This document shows, piece after piece, positions 9,093 to 19,206 of a stretch of 64,000 nucleotides of DNA. Origin of the DNA: Vicinamibacteria bacterium (lineage in GTDB: Bacteria > Acidobacteriota > Vicinamibacteria > Marinacidobacterales > Marinacidobacteraceae); contig OZ241322.1 in assembly GCA_965199715.1 (NCBI GenBank), positions 958,638-1,022,637 of the forward strand. Direction: 5' to 3'. The notes under the pieces are model-generated. The model saw nothing but the letters and a program-made list of their open reading frames with translations, was not told the DNA's origin and searched no databases. Position 1 is the stretch's first letter. Each line of letters starts with the position of its first letter. A program made the translations under genes and the position numbers.

Positions 9093-12000
9093 TCAGGGGT
9101 CGCGCGCGTCGGCCACGGCCCGCCAGAAGGGAGGCAGTTGCTCCTCGACGTAGCGCCGGTATTCCTCGCGCGCGGCCTCGAACCGCTCGGTGAGGATCGC
9201 GTGCACCTCGCGCTGCTGGTCGGTCGGGGCGAAGTCGGCGCCGTCCCAGCCGGCGTCGTTCGCGAGCGCGCCGAGCCGGCCGTAGATGCGGATGGGCGCG
9301 CGGAAGGCGTCCTCCCGGGCGCCGGTCAGCTCCACGTCCACGAAGCGGCCCTCGATGGCGATGGCGGTGCCGAGGAGCTCGCCGGCGTTCTCGAGGATCG
9401 CGCTCCACGACTCGTCGTCGCCGTGCCGCTCCGCAAGGCCCTCGAACTCGCGGCGGATCCACTCGAGGTCGTCCACCATGTCGGCCAGTTCGTCGAGCTG
9501 GGCGTGGATTTCGCGGAGGAACGCGTGCTTCTCGGCGATGGACTCGGGGGTTCCCGCCGACTTCGGATCCTTCTCGACGGTCAGCGTGGTGGAGGCGGTC
9601 TCGTCGCCGAGGGTGATCCGCGCCTCGTACGCGCCGGGCGGGACGAGCGCGCCCCGGTAGCCGGGGAAGACGTCGAGATCCCAGGTGCGCAGGTTCCGCT
9701 CGCCGTCCTCGCCCAGCTCGACCCAGTCCCGGTCGGGCGGGCGGGTGCGGAGCGTCGCCCGGCGGGGCGCCTCGCGACGCAGGTCCCAGTGCGTCCGGGA
9801 CAGTCCCGGCTCGGCCCGCGCCGAGAGCGAGCGCACGAGCTCGCCGCCGGAGTCGCGGATCTCGATCGCGGCCGAACCGTCCTCGCCGCCGTTCCACCAC
9901 GAGATCGCCGCTCCGTAGGGCGGGTTCCGCCCGGTGACGAGGCTGCCCGGCTCGCTCTTGATCGACTGGGCGGGAAGGAAGCGCCAGGCGGTCGGGGAGT
10001 CGAAGACGGTCAGCCCGTCGCCCGGCGGGTCGGCGAGCTCCCGCAGCGGCCCGATCCCGTCGAGGATCCAGAAGCCCCGGCCGTAGGTCGCGACGACGAG
10101 GTCGTCGAACCGCTCCTGGACCTGGATCCCGTAGATCGGGGCGGGCGGCATCCCGAGGCGCAGCGAGAACCACGAGGCGCCGGAGTCGAGGCTGGCCCAG
10201 ACCTGGTTGTCGGTCCCGGCGTACAGCACTCCGGCGCGTCGGGGATCCTCGCGGACGACGTGGACGAAGGAGAAGTTGGAGGAGGGGATCCCGTCGCCGA
10301 TCCGGTCCCAGGTCTCGCCGAGGTCGGTCGTGCGGAAGACGTGCGGGCGGAAGTCCCCCGACTGGTGGCGCGTCACCGCCACGAAGGCGGTTCGGGGGTC
10401 GTGGCGGCCCGGCTCGACGAACTTGATCCACGACTCCACGTCCAGCCCGGGCACGCGGTCGCTGAGGTCGCGCCAATGGGCCCCGCCGTCGGTGGTGAGG
10501 TGGAGCCGGCCGTCCACGCTGCCGGCCCACAGCTGGCCCGGCGCGAGCGGGGATTCGGCGAGCGAGAAGAGCACCGCCCCGTCGAAGGTGTAGAGGTTGT
10601 CCACGGTGATTCCGCCCGAGTCCCGCTGCCGGGACTTGTCGTTCGTGGTCAGGTCGGGGCTGATCGTCTCCCACGACTGGCCCCGGTCGCGGCTCCGGTG
10701 GACGAACTGGCTTCCGACCCACGTCACGCCGGGCTCGTGCCGGGAGAGGACCATCGGGAAGTTCCAGTGCCAGCGCACCTTCACGTCGGCGGGGGCCCAG
10801 CCGTACGACGCCTCCGGCCAGACCCGCACGTCCCGGGCGTGGCCGGTGCGGTCGTCGTAGATCTCGAGGCCGCCGTCGTAGCAGCCCGACCAGACCACGT
10901 CGTCGTCGCCGGGTTCGGGGGTCGCCCAGCCGCTCTCGCAGCCGCCGACCCCCCGCCAGAGCCCGAGCGGAATCCCGCCCCCGGGGGTGCGGCTCGGCCC
11001 GCGGTAGGAGTAGCCGTCCTGCCGGTTTCCGTAAACGCGGTACGGGATCCGGTCGTCCACGCTCACCTGGTGCATCTGCGCGACGGGAGGCACGATGCGG
11101 CGCCAGGTGCGGCCCCGGTTGGTCGAGATGCTGCCCCCGCCGTCGTGGCCCACGAGCACCGTCTCGGCGCGCAGCGGATCCACCCAGACGTCGTGGTTGT
11201 CGCCGCCGGCCCGGTAGGAGGTCTCGACGAGCGTGCGGCCGCCGTCCACGGTGGTGCTGAAGAGCACCGACGCGAAGTACGCGCGGTCCGCGTTCGCCGA
11301 ATCCACGGCGAGGCGGACGTAGTAGGGCGCGCGTTCGGCGAGGTCGTGGCGGCGCATCATGAGCCGCCACGAGTCCCCGCCGTCGTCGGAGCGGTAGAGC
11401 GCGGGGCTCTCGTCCTCGACGAGCGCGTACCAGCGGTCGGAGTCGCTCGGCGCGATTCCCACGGCGATCTTGCCGAGCGGGTGGTCGGCTCCGCCCGGCA
11501 GCCCCATCCCGGCGTCGGAGAGCCGCTCCCAGGCGTCCCCGCCGTCGGCGGTGCGCCAGACGCCGCTTCCGGGGCCGCCGCTGCGCAGCCCGTCGGTGTC
11601 GATCCGGAGCTGCCACATGCCGGCGACGAGCCGCTCGGGCTGGCGGAGGTCCATGGCGAGGTCGGAGCAGCCGGTGTCCTCGTCCACGTGCAGGACCAGT
11701 TCCCACGTCTCGCCGCCGTCGGTCGTGCGATGGACCCCGCGCTCCGGCTGGGGAGCGTAGGAATGGCCGAGGGCGCAGGCGTACACGAGATTCGGGTCGC
11801 TCGGATGGATCAGGATGCGGGCGATGCGCCCGGTCGCCTCCAGTCCCATGTGGTCGAACGAGCCGCCGGAATCGGTGGACCGGTAGATCCCGTTCCCCAT
11901 CGCGAGCGCGGGGCGGATGATGAAGGTCTCGCCGGTGCCGGCCCAGACGTGGCCCGGATGCGAGGGGGAGACGGCGAGCGCGCTGATCGAGGCCGCGTCC

Positions 12001-12242
12001 TGGTCGTCGAAGACCGGGGCCCAGGTGACCCCGCCGTCGTCGGTCTTCCAGATTCCGCCGGACGCCGCGCCGAAGTACAGGACGTCCGGGTTGCCCCATT
12101 CGCCGGTGACGGCGCTCAGCCGGTTTCCGTCGGGGCCGATCGTGCGCCAGCGCAGGCCCTTGAGCGTTTCCGGATCCGGCTGGGCGAGGGCGGCGGCCGC
12201 GCCGAGCGCCAGCGAAGCCAAGAGGGGGACGGATCGGAGCAT
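9093..12242 (-). CDS. Secreted BNR/Asp-box repeat protein, sortilin/VPS10-like beta-propeller
   Basis: 1049-aa ORF with a signal peptide. Repeated SxDxGxTW-type Asp-box motifs (TDDGGVTW, STDSGGSF, TTDGGETW, TADGGDAW, SDDGGDSW, TTDGGAHW, TTDLGETW). Confidence 0.8.
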   Translation of the reverse strand: MLRSVPLLASLALGAAAALAQPDPETLKGLRWRTIGPDGNRLSAVTGEWGNPDVLYFGAASGGIWKTDDGGVTWAPVFDDQDAASISALAVSPSHPGHVWAGTGETFIIRPALAMGNGIYRSTDSGGSFDHMGLEATGRIARILIHPSDPNLVYACALGHSYAPQPERGVHRTTDGGETWELVLHVDEDTGCSDLAMDLRQPERLVAGMWQLRIDTDGLRSGGPGSGVWRTADGGDAWERLSDAGMGLPGGADHPLGKIAVGIAPSDSDRWYALVEDESPALYRSDDGGDSWRLMMRRHDLAERAPYYVRLAVDSANADRAYFASVLFSTTVDGGRTLVETSYRAGGDNHDVWVDPLRAETVLVGHDGGGSISTNRGRTWRRIVPPVAQMHQVSVDDRIPYRVYGNRQDGYSYRGPSRTPGGGIPLGLWRGVGGCESGWATPEPGDDDVVWSGCYDGGLEIYDDRTGHARDVRVWPEASYGWAPADVKVRWHWNFPMVLSRHEPGVTWVGSQFVHRSRDRGQSWETISPDLTTNDKSRQRDSGGITVDNLYTFDGAVLFSLAESPLAPGQLWAGSVDGRLHLTTDGGAHWRDLSDRVPGLDVESWIKFVEPGRHDPRTAFVAVTRHQSGDFRPHVFRTTDLGETWDRIGDGIPSSNFSFVHVVREDPRRAGVLYAGTDNQVWASLDSGASWFSLRLGMPPAPIYGIQVQERFDDLVVATYGRGFWILDGIGPLRELADPPGDGLTVFDSPTAWRFLPAQSIKSEPGSLVTGRNPPYGAAISWWNGGEDGSAAIEIRDSGGELVRSLSARAEPGLSRTHWDLRREAPRRATLRTRPPDRDWVELGEDGERNLRTWDLDVFPGYRGALVPPGAYEARITLGDETASTTLTVEKDPKSAGTPESIAEKHAFLREIHAQLDELADMVDDLEWIRREFEGLAERHGDDESWSAILENAGELLGTAIAIEGRFVDVELTGAREDAFRAPIRIYGRLGALANDAGWDGADFAPTDQQREVHAILTERFEAAREEYRRYVEEQLPPFWRAVADARDP

Positions 12243-12310
12243 GGGGCAGCGTGACGCTAGCAGTTTCGCCGCCGGGTAGGATGCGGCGGAAGACGACCCG
12301 AGGAGGCGCC

Positions 12311-14017
12311 ATGAACTGCCGGTTGCGAGCGATTCTGCTTCTCGGTCTCGGCTGGCCGGCCGCGGGGGCCGCCGCCCAGACCTACGACCTGCTGCTGGCG
12401 GGCGGATTCGTGTTCGACGGCAGCGGCAACCCGGCCGTGCGCGCCGACGTCGGCGTCCGGGGCGACGAGGTGGTCGCCGTCGGACGGCTCGCGGGGAACG
12501 ACGGCCACGAAGCGGCGCGGACCATCGACGCGACCGGCCTCTTCCTCGCGCCGGGGTGGGTGGACCTCCACTCGCACGCCGACCGGGCGCTCGCCGGGCC
12601 GAACCTCGAGGCGCGGAAGGCGATCAATCTGGTCGCGCAGGGGATCACGACGGTGGTGATGGGCGCGGACGGGCGCAACGCGGTCTGGCCGGTCCGGGAC
12701 GAGATGGCGGCGTACGCGAGCCGGGGAGTGGGCCCCAACGTCGTTCCCATGGTCGGCCATTCCACGGTGCGGCTGCAGGTCATGGGGGCGGATCACGAGC
12801 GGGCCGCCACGCCGTCCGAGGTCGCCCGCATGGCGGAGCTGGTCCGCGAGGGAATGGAGGACGGGGCGTGGGGCCTCGGCGCCGGGCCCGAGTATCGGCC
12901 GGCGCGCTTTTCGGAGACCGGCGAGATCGTGGCGCTCGCGCGCGTGGTGGCCGAGTACGACGGGTTCTACTACTCGCACCAGCGCAGCCAGTCGCCGATG
13001 CCGCGCTGGCAGGTCCCGAGCATCGTGGACGGCCCGACGCTCACCGGGGTCGAGGGGATGGCGGAGACCATCGAGATCGGCCGGGCGACCGGGATCCGGG
13101 TCGTGGGGACGCACATCAAGGCCAAGGGCCCTTCCACGTGGGGCCAGTCGGCGCGGGACGTCCAGGCGATCCGGCGCGCCCGGAGCGAGGGGGTTCAGGC
13201 GTTCCTCGACCAGTACCCCTACGAGACGTTCGGCGGAGGGCCGGTCGGCGTGCTTCCGGTGTGGGGCTTCGCGCCGCCGGGGACCGACCGCTCCGGGGGC
13301 CTCGACGACCCGAGGTGGCGAACCCCCGGCCTGCTGAGCCTCGAGAACCTCGAGGCGAACCTCGCCGACGACGCAGTCCGCGCCGAGTTGCTCGGCGACC
13401 TCGAGCAGCAGATCGACCTGTTCGGCGGCGCGGACCGGCTGATCGTGGTGGTCTTTCCGGAGGATCCCTCGCTCGTTGGGAAGACGGTGGCGCAGATCGC
13501 CCGGGCGAGCGGCCGGAGCGTCGCCGAGACGCTGATCGACTTCGCCCGGACGGGCGACGAGGAGCTGCTGCATGGCGTGCGCATCCGTCCGGTCGCGGGA
13601 CACCGGTTCGACGTGGAGCACTACATGGCGCAGGACTTCACCGCCACGGCCACCGACGCCGGGGTCGCGCTGGAGGCGACTCCGGGGCGGCACCCGCGCT
13701 TCTGGGGGAGCTATCCGCGGAAGATCGCGCACTACGTCCGCGAGCGGGAGGCGATCACGCTCCCGTTCATGGTCCGGTCCTCGACGAGCCTGCCGGCGAT
13801 GATCGTGGGGTTGACCGACCGCGGCTGCCTGCGGGTCGGATGCAAGGCGGACGTCGTCGGTTTCGACTACGACGAGGTGGAGGACGCGGCGACGATCATG
13901 AATCCCGGAGCTCCGCCGACCGGAATTCCGTGGGTGCTGGTCAACGGACGGATCGCGGTCGAGAACGGCCAGCCGACCGGCGCCCTCGCCGGGGTCGTGA
14001 TCCGCCGGGAGAACTGA
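12311..14017 (+). CDS. N-acyl-D-amino-acid deacylase (D-aminoacylase) family amidohydrolase, secreted
   Basis: ATG at 12311 preceded by AGGAGG. Signal peptide, metal-binding DLHSHAD, and C-terminal ADVVGFD block typical of D-aminoacylases. Confidence 0.85.
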   Translation: MNCRLRAILLLGLGWPAAGAAAQTYDLLLAGGFVFDGSGNPAVRADVGVRGDEVVAVGRLAGNDGHEAARTIDATGLFLAPGWVDLHSHADRALAGPNLEARKAINLVAQGITTVVMGADGRNAVWPVRDEMAAYASRGVGPNVVPMVGHSTVRLQVMGADHERAATPSEVARMAELVREGMEDGAWGLGAGPEYRPARFSETGEIVALARVVAEYDGFYYSHQRSQSPMPRWQVPSIVDGPTLTGVEGMAETIEIGRATGIRVVGTHIKAKGPSTWGQSARDVQAIRRARSEGVQAFLDQYPYETFGGGPVGVLPVWGFAPPGTDRSGGLDDPRWRTPGLLSLENLEANLADDAVRAELLGDLEQQIDLFGGADRLIVVVFPEDPSLVGKTVAQIARASGRSVAETLIDFARTGDEELLHGVRIRPVAGHRFDVEHYMAQDFTATATDAGVALEATPGRHPRFWGSYPRKIAHYVREREAITLPFMVRSSTSLPAMIVGLTDRGCLRVGCKADVVGFDYDEVEDAATIMNPGAPPTGIPWVLVNGRIAVENGQPTGALAGVVIRREN

Positions 14018-14023
14018 GTCGGG

Positions 14024-14206
14024 TCAACCGTCCGGCGGCGCCGCGACCGCCCGCTCGATGAACGGTCGGGCGAAGCCGCCGGCGACGAGGAGCCCGAATC
14101 CGCCGAGGATCGCGACGCGCAGGTTCATGCGGAACCGACGCCGATCGGCCACTTCGTCGCGCAGCGACTCGATGACGCCGACGACGTACCGGAGCGTCTC
14201 GGCCAT
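14024..14206 (-). CDS. Small tail-anchored membrane protein; the frame stays open and coding-like upstream to 14464 without any ATG/GTG/TTG
   Basis: 60-aa ORF from the only start codon. C-terminal TM segment LRVAILGGFGLLVAGGFA. Upstream in-frame sequence contains the tandem repeat. Confidence 0.4.
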   Translation of the reverse strand: MAETLRYVVGVIESLRDEVADRRRFRMNLRVAILGGFGLLVAGGFARPFIERAVAAPPDG

Positions 14207-14254
14207 TTCCTGCCGCTCTTGCGCCAGCGCCTTGCGCTCGGCGGCGGCTTCCCG

Positions 14255-14353
14255 GAAGCAGGCGTCGGCGTGCTCCCTCGCCGCCTTGAAGCAGGCGTCG
14301 GCGTGCTCCCTCGCCGCCTTGAAACAGGCGTCGACGTGCTCCCTCGCCGCCGG
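14255..14353. repeat. 33-bp tandem repeat, about 3 copies
   Basis: Unit gaagcaggcgtcggcgtgctccctcgccgcctt at 14255-14287 and 14288-14320 (identical), plus a diverged third copy at 14321-14353. In the minus frame of ORF 14024..14206 it reads AAREH(A/V)DACFK x3. Confidence 0.9.
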
Positions 14354-14464
14354 GGTTCGTGGGTTCGCGCTCGCGCAATTTCGCTCACATGGCCGAACCC
14401 GTGAGCGAGACGAGTTTTCGCCGCCCGGGGCGGCAATTGCGGAAAACTTTTTTTGCGGGCGGGG

Positions 14465-15007
14465 TCAGCCGGCGGATTTCGCCGGGGACCCGCGGCGGAT
14501 GCCGATGACCCTCCCCCGCTCCTTCGGGTCCGGCAGGTCGCGGACACGGCGGGCGACTTCCCGTAGCAGATCCTGGAACGGCCGCGGCATCGCCGCCGCC
14601 CGCCGGGTGCGCATGTCCACGTGGATTCCGATGTGCTCGCAAGTCGCGGCGAGCGTCGGCTCTCCATCCGGTTCGGCGGGTTCCGCGTAGAGTCGGAGGA
14701 AGGCGTGCATCAGCCGCTCGTCGTGGTCGAGAAGCTGGTGGGTGACGAAGAACGGGCGGCCCGGATGCAGCTCGCGCTGGTAGGTCACGTGATCCTCGAG
14801 CGCGAAGGTGGACCCGTGCTCGTTGTCGTTGTCCCACAGGCCGATCGCCCGCAGCATCGCCTGGGTGGCCTGGTCGAACGCCTTGCGGTAGTACACGACG
14901 TTCATGTGCCCGTTCAGGTCCGTCCAGTCGGACGCGACGACGCCCCGGTAGATGCGAAAGCCCCGCTTCGGATCGAGGACGAGCTCGGGAGGCCAGCGAA
15001 ACGGCAT
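14465..15007 (-). CDS. Hotdog-fold acyl-CoA thioesterase (4HBT/YbgC-like)
   Basis: 180-aa ORF. DLNGHMNVVYY motif typical of 4HBT-type thioesterases. Confidence 0.75.
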   Translation of the reverse strand: MPFRWPPELVLDPKRGFRIYRGVVASDWTDLNGHMNVVYYRKAFDQATQAMLRAIGLWDNDNEHGSTFALEDHVTYQRELHPGRPFFVTHQLLDHDERLMHAFLRLYAEPAEPDGEPTLAATCEHIGIHVDMRTRRAAAMPRPFQDLLREVARRVRDLPDPKERGRVIGIRRGSPAKSAG

Positions 15008-15041
15008 GGACGGAAGGCTAGCCGCCGGTAGGCTTCGCTTC

Positions 15042-17150
15042 GTGCGACGACTCCGGCTGTTTCCGATTCTGGCGCTCCTCGGCGGGTGCGGCCCCGACTG
15101 GCCCGAGCCGCCGCGGACCCGCGTCGAGGTCGTGACCGACTCGATCCACGGGGAGCGGATCGAGGATCCGTACCGCTGGCTCGAGGAACAGGACAGCCCG
15201 GAGACGCGGGCGTGGATCGACGCCCAGAACGCCTACGCGGAGCGCGTCGCGGCGGAGCCGGAGCTGCGGGCGCGGCTCGAGGCCCGGTTCGCCGAGCTCA
15301 TGGACGTGCCCCAGGTCTCCGCTCCGAGGCGGGCCGGCGAACACGAGGTCTTCACGCTGCGGCGGCCGGGGGAGCTCCAGGCGAAGATCTACCGGCGCCC
15401 CCGGGGCGAGACGGGCGACCGGCCTGACGCCGACGCGGACCACGAGCTCCTGCTGGATCCGGCGGCGCTCGGGTTCGACGAGTACGCGAGCCTCGACGTC
15501 GTGGACGTCTCGCCCGACGGGTCGCTCCTGCTCTACCGGATCCGCGACGGCGGGCTCGACGAGATCTCCGTGCGCCTGTTCGATCTCGAGACGCTCGAGG
15601 AGCGGCCCGACCGGCTGCCCGAAGCGCTCTACGGAACGATCGCCTTCGACCGCGCCGGCGAGGGCTTCTTCTACGTGCATCGGTCGCGCGTCGAAGGTCC
15701 CCGCGCCCGCTACCACCGGATCGGCGCGCCGCCCGAGGAGGACGAGCTTCTCCACGGCGAGGGGCTCGGCCCCGAGACGTTCCTGCGCGTGGAGGAGATC
15801 GAGGACGGGGCGCTGCTCCTGCTGAACGTCCAGTACGGCTGGATGCGGAACGAGATCCACGTGATGGACCGGAGCGCGGGGGAGGCGCATCCGGTGTTCG
15901 AGGGAGAGCGGGCGCACGCGACCGCTCGCCACGAGGACGGCCGGTTGCTGCTCACGACGAACCTCGACGCGCCGCGGTACCGGGTGCTGGAGATTCCGGT
16001 CGCGGGCGTCGCCCCGTCGCGCTGGTCCGACCGGTCGCGCTGGCGGGAGTGGATTCCGGAGCAGGAGCACCTCCTGCGCGGGTTCACGACCATCGGGGAC
16101 CGGACCTTCGTGAACCTGCTCGCCGACGTGAGTTCGCGCATCCTCGTCTTCGAGGGCGCCGAGGCCCCGCTGGTTCCGACGGACGAAGTTCCGCTGCCGC
16201 CCTTTCATGCGGCGTCGGTGAGCCGGCTCGGCGAGGACGGGGCGACGCTCACGCTGGCCTCGTTCACGGTCCCCGAGACCCGATACCGGCTGGATCCGGA
16301 AACGCTCGAACGCGAGCGCATGGAGCCGCCGCGCCCCGACTACGACGGCGCGGACGTCCTCGTGGAGCAGGTCTGGTACGCGTCGAAGGACGGAACCCGC
16401 GCCCCGATGTACGTGATGCGGCCGAAGGACGCGCCGCTCGACGGCGACCTTCCCCTTCTTCTCCACGGCTACGGGGGCTTCAACGTGAGCCTCGCGCCCT
16501 CGTTCCGGGCGCAGGCCGCCGTCTGGGTGGAGGCGGGCGGCGTCTTCGCGGTCGCGACGCTGCGCGGCGGCGGCGAATTCGGGGAGGACTGGCACCGCGC
16601 CGGGATGCTCGAGAACAAGCAGAACGTCTTCGACGACTTCATCGCGTCCGCCGAGTGGCTCGTCGAGAACGGCTACACGAACCCGGACCGCCTCGCGATC
16701 ATGGGCGGGAGCAACGGCGGCCTGCTGGTCGCGAGCGCGTTCACCCAGCGGCCGGAGCTGTTCCGCGCCGTGTTCTGCGGCTTCCCCGACCTGGACATGG
16801 TCCGCTTCCACGAGTTCGTCGAGACGAACAACATGCCGGCGCTGCTCGAGTACGGCAACGCCGCGCTCCCCGAGCAGTTCGCCTTTCTCCGGCGGTACTC
16901 GCCGTACCAGGCGGTGCGCGACGGAACGCCGTATCCGGCGGTGATGTTCACCCAGGGCGACCTCGACACGCGGGTGCCGCCGCTCCAGGCGCGGAAGATG
17001 GCGGCGCGGGTGCAGGCGGCGACCTCGTCCGGGCTGCCGGTCATCCTCCGGTATTCGGAGCGCGCCGGGCACGCCGGGGGCCGCAGCCGCATCCCCGACC
17101 GGGCCATGGAGACCGCGTTCCTGATGCGGCAGGTCGGCCTCGTCGAATGA
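15042..17150 (+). CDS. Prolyl oligopeptidase (S9A), lipoprotein
   Basis: GTG at 15042 gives the lipobox signal (M)[23 protein letters not shown]-terminal motif, GGSNGGLL nucleophile elbow, C-terminal Asp/His blocks. Alternative ATG at 15006 would overlap the divergent gene start. Confidence 0.9.
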   Translation: MRRLRLFPILALLGGCGPDWPEPPRTRVEVVTDSIHGERIEDPYRWLEEQDSPETRAWIDAQNAYAERVAAEPELRARLEARFAELMDVPQVSAPRRAGEHEVFTLRRPGELQAKIYRRPRGETGDRPDADADHELLLDPAALGFDEYASLDVVDVSPDGSLLLYRIRDGGLDEISVRLFDLETLEERPDRLPEALYGTIAFDRAGEGFFYVHRSRVEGPRARYHRIGAPPEEDELLHGEGLGPETFLRVEEIEDGALLLLNVQYGWMRNEIHVMDRSAGEAHPVFEGERAHATARHEDGRLLLTTNLDAPRYRVLEIPVAGVAPSRWSDRSRWREWIPEQEHLLRGFTTIGDRTFVNLLADVSSRILVFEGAEAPLVPTDEVPLPPFHAASVSRLGEDGATLTLASFTVPETRYRLDPETLERERMEPPRPDYDGADVLVEQVWYASKDGTRAPMYVMRPKDAPLDGDLPLLLHGYGGFNVSLAPSFRAQAAVWVEAGGVFAVATLRGGGEFGEDWHRAGMLENKQNVFDDFIASAEWLVENGYTNPDRLAIMGGSNGGLLVASAFTQRPELFRAVFCGFPDLDMVRFHEFVETNNMPALLEYGNAALPEQFAFLRRYSPYQAVRDGTPYPAVMFTQGDLDTRVPPLQARKMAARVQAATSSGLPVILRYSERAGHAGGRSRIPDRAMETAFLMRQVGLVE

Positions 17151-18787
17151 GGGCGGCGCTCCTCGGCGTCCTCGCGCTGGGCTGCGGCGCGGCCCCGGAC
17201 GCGGACCTGATCGTCCACGGCGGAACGATCCTGACCGTGGATCCGGAATTCCGGGTCGTTTCGGCCATGGCGATCAAGGACGGAAGGATCGCGGCGCTCG
17301 GTTCGGACCGGGAGATGCTGCGGCTCGCCGGGCCGGACTCCGAGCGCATCGACCTCGCCGGGCGAACGGTCGCGCCGGGGTTCGCCGACAACCACCTGCA
17401 TTCCGCGGGCGGCGGCGACGGCGTGGACCTTTCGCGGGCGCGGACGATCGACGAGGCGCTCGCGGCCATCCGGGAGCGCGCCCTTTCCGTCGGTCCGGGC
17501 GAGCTGGTGCTCACGAATTCGGACTGGCACGAGGGCCAACTGCGCGAGCGGCGCCTCCCGCTGCGGCGCGACCTCGACGCGGCGGCGCCCGACAACCCGG
17601 TCGTCGTGGTGCGGGGCGGACACGAGTACATCCTGAACTCGGCGGCGCTCGAGCGCTGGGACGTCACGACGGACACGCCGGTTCCCGAGGGGGGCCGCAT
17701 CACCCGCTACCCCGACGGGGAGCTCAACGGCGAGCTCGTGGACGCCGCGAAGCGGCTGGTCGCGCTCCCCGAGCTTCCGCCGCGGGACCTCGAGGAGCGG
17801 ATCCGCGACCGGGCGGAGCAGTACCGGAAGCTTCATGCGGTCGGGCTCACGAGCGTCCGGCATCCGGGCGGGTCGCTCGAGGAGTACCGGATGCTCGAGG
17901 AGATGCGGCGGCGGGGCCTGCTGCGAATGCGCGTGAACTTCCTGTTCCGGATGCGCGCCCGAAGCGCGAAGGAGGCGCGGGCCGCGCTCGCCTCGTGGGG
18001 CGTCGCGCCGGACGAGGGCGACCGGTGGCTGCGCGTCGGCGGGATCAAGCTGGGCGTGGACGGCGGCTTCGAGGGGGGCCTGATGCGCGAGCCGTACGCC
18101 GAACCGTGGGGAAGGAACGGGACCTTCCACGGGCTGCGGACCATGCCCGAGGACGAGTTCGCGGAAGTCGTCACCGCGCTCGCCGCCGAGGGGTGGCGGG
18201 TCGCGACCCACGCCGTCGGCGATCTGGCGCTCGATCAGGTGCTCGACGGGTACGCGACCGCGAACCGGAAGACGCCGCTCGCCGGGAAGCGCTGGAGCGT
18301 GGAGCACGGGTTCATCGTCGCCCCGGACCAGTTCGCGAGGCTGCGGGAGCTCGACCTCGCGGTCGCCGGACAGCACCATCTCTACCTGGCGGCGCCGAGC
18401 CTCGAGCGCTACTGGGGCCGGGAGCGGGCGGAACGGGTGACGCCGATGCGCTCGTTCCTCGACGAGGGGATTCCGGTCTCGGCGGGCAGCGACGCGCCGG
18501 TGGTCCCCTACCCGCCGCTGTGGGCGCTCCACCACTTCGTCACGCGCGAGACGATCAGCGGCGGCGCGTTCGGCGCGGACCAGCGGGTGACTCCCGAAGA
18601 GGGGCTGCGGTTGTTCACGATCGACAACGCGTGGCTCACGTTCGAGGAAGCGAGCAAGGGATCGCTGGAGGTGGGCAAGCTCGCCGACTTCGTGGTGCTC
18701 TCGGGCGATCCGCGCACGGTCCCCGCCGACGGGATCGCGGTCGAGCGGACCGTGGTCGAGGGGGAGACGGTCTTCCCGGTCCGCTGA
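17147..18787 (+). CDS. Amidohydrolase-3 (YtcJ-like) metal-dependent hydrolase, lipoprotein
   Basis: ATG at 17147 overlaps the upstream stop (ATGA). Lipobox LALGCG, HxH motif DNHLHS, and C-terminal GSDAPV and GKLADFVVL blocks. Confidence 0.85.
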   Translation: MRAALLGVLALGCGAAPDADLIVHGGTILTVDPEFRVVSAMAIKDGRIAALGSDREMLRLAGPDSERIDLAGRTVAPGFADNHLHSAGGGDGVDLSRARTIDEALAAIRERALSVGPGELVLTNSDWHEGQLRERRLPLRRDLDAAAPDNPVVVVRGGHEYILNSAALERWDVTTDTPVPEGGRITRYPDGELNGELVDAAKRLVALPELPPRDLEERIRDRAEQYRKLHAVGLTSVRHPGGSLEEYRMLEEMRRRGLLRMRVNFLFRMRARSAKEARAALASWGVAPDEGDRWLRVGGIKLGVDGGFEGGLMREPYAEPWGRNGTFHGLRTMPEDEFAEVVTALAAEGWRVATHAVGDLALDQVLDGYATANRKTPLAGKRWSVEHGFIVAPDQFARLRELDLAVAGQHHLYLAAPSLERYWGRERAERVTPMRSFLDEGIPVSAGSDAPVVPYPPLWALHHFVTRETISGGAFGADQRVTPEEGLRLFTIDNAWLTFEEASKGSLEVGKLADFVVLSGDPRTVPADGIAVERTVVEGETVFPVR

Positions 18788-18789
18788 GG

Positions 18790-19170
18790 CCGGCGATTCG
18801 TCGGGCGCGAAGGGAAGGCCGCGGACCAGGTCCTCGCCGTACTGGACGTAGTGGAGAAAGGCCATCTCCGCCTCGCGGTCGGTGGGGGGCCGGCACTCGA
18901 TCACGACGGCGCGGATCCGCTGCATCGAGATCGCGTGGGCGCCGTCGCCGATGGGCTCGCGGTCCCACGACGTCCGTGGCCAGCTCCAGCGGGAAGCGGG
19001 ACTACGTCGCGAGCCCGACCCGGGCGCGCCGCCATTCCTCCTCGCAGTCGCCGGAGCAGATGACCTCGTAGCCGAGTTTCGCGGCCGGGGCGAGCGCCAG
19101 CACGACGTCCTGCCCAGGAGGTGGCGCACCCGAGCGGGAGGAGCAGCGCCGCGGCGGCGAGGCCGAGCGA
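18790..19170 (-). pseudogene. Probable decayed lipoprotein gene (two frame changes, one in-frame TAG, no start or proper stop)
   Basis: High-GC3 coding-like stretches on the minus strand in three frames. These are SLGLAAAALLLPLGC (lipobox), then QDVVLALAPAAKLGYEVICSGDCEEEWRRARVGLAT-TAG(19004..19002)-SRFPLELATDVV, then DREPIGDGAHAISMQRIRAVVIECRPPTDREAEMAFLHYVQYGEDL. Confidence 0.3.
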
Positions 19171-19206
19171 TCTTGAAGACCGGGTGGTTTCCTCCCCGGG
19201 ATGCGG

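Noticed and set aside
8499-12254. Very long ORFs on the strand opposite to, or out of frame with, the called genes. Examples: 8499..12254 + (1251 aa), 27049..31884 + (1611 aa), 16673..20752 - (1359 aa), 47709..50921 + (1070 aa), 53291..56635 + (1114 aa), 57876..61862 + (1328 aa).
   Set aside because: Their translations are Arg/Pro/Gly/Ala-rich low-complexity strings with no motifs. They shadow genes with strong family signatures. Long stop-free shadow frames are expected at ~70% GC.
14255-14353. CRISPR-like appearance of the tandem repeat.
   Set aside because: The repeats are directly adjacent with no spacers, there are only about 3 copies, they are in frame with an ORF, and no cas genes are nearby.
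14952-15041. Longer starts for the prolyl oligopeptidase (14952 or ATG 15006) and back-to-back ATGs on both strands at 15005-15008.
   Set aside because: These starts would overlap the divergent thioesterase gene. GTG at 15042 yields a clean lipoprotein signal peptide.
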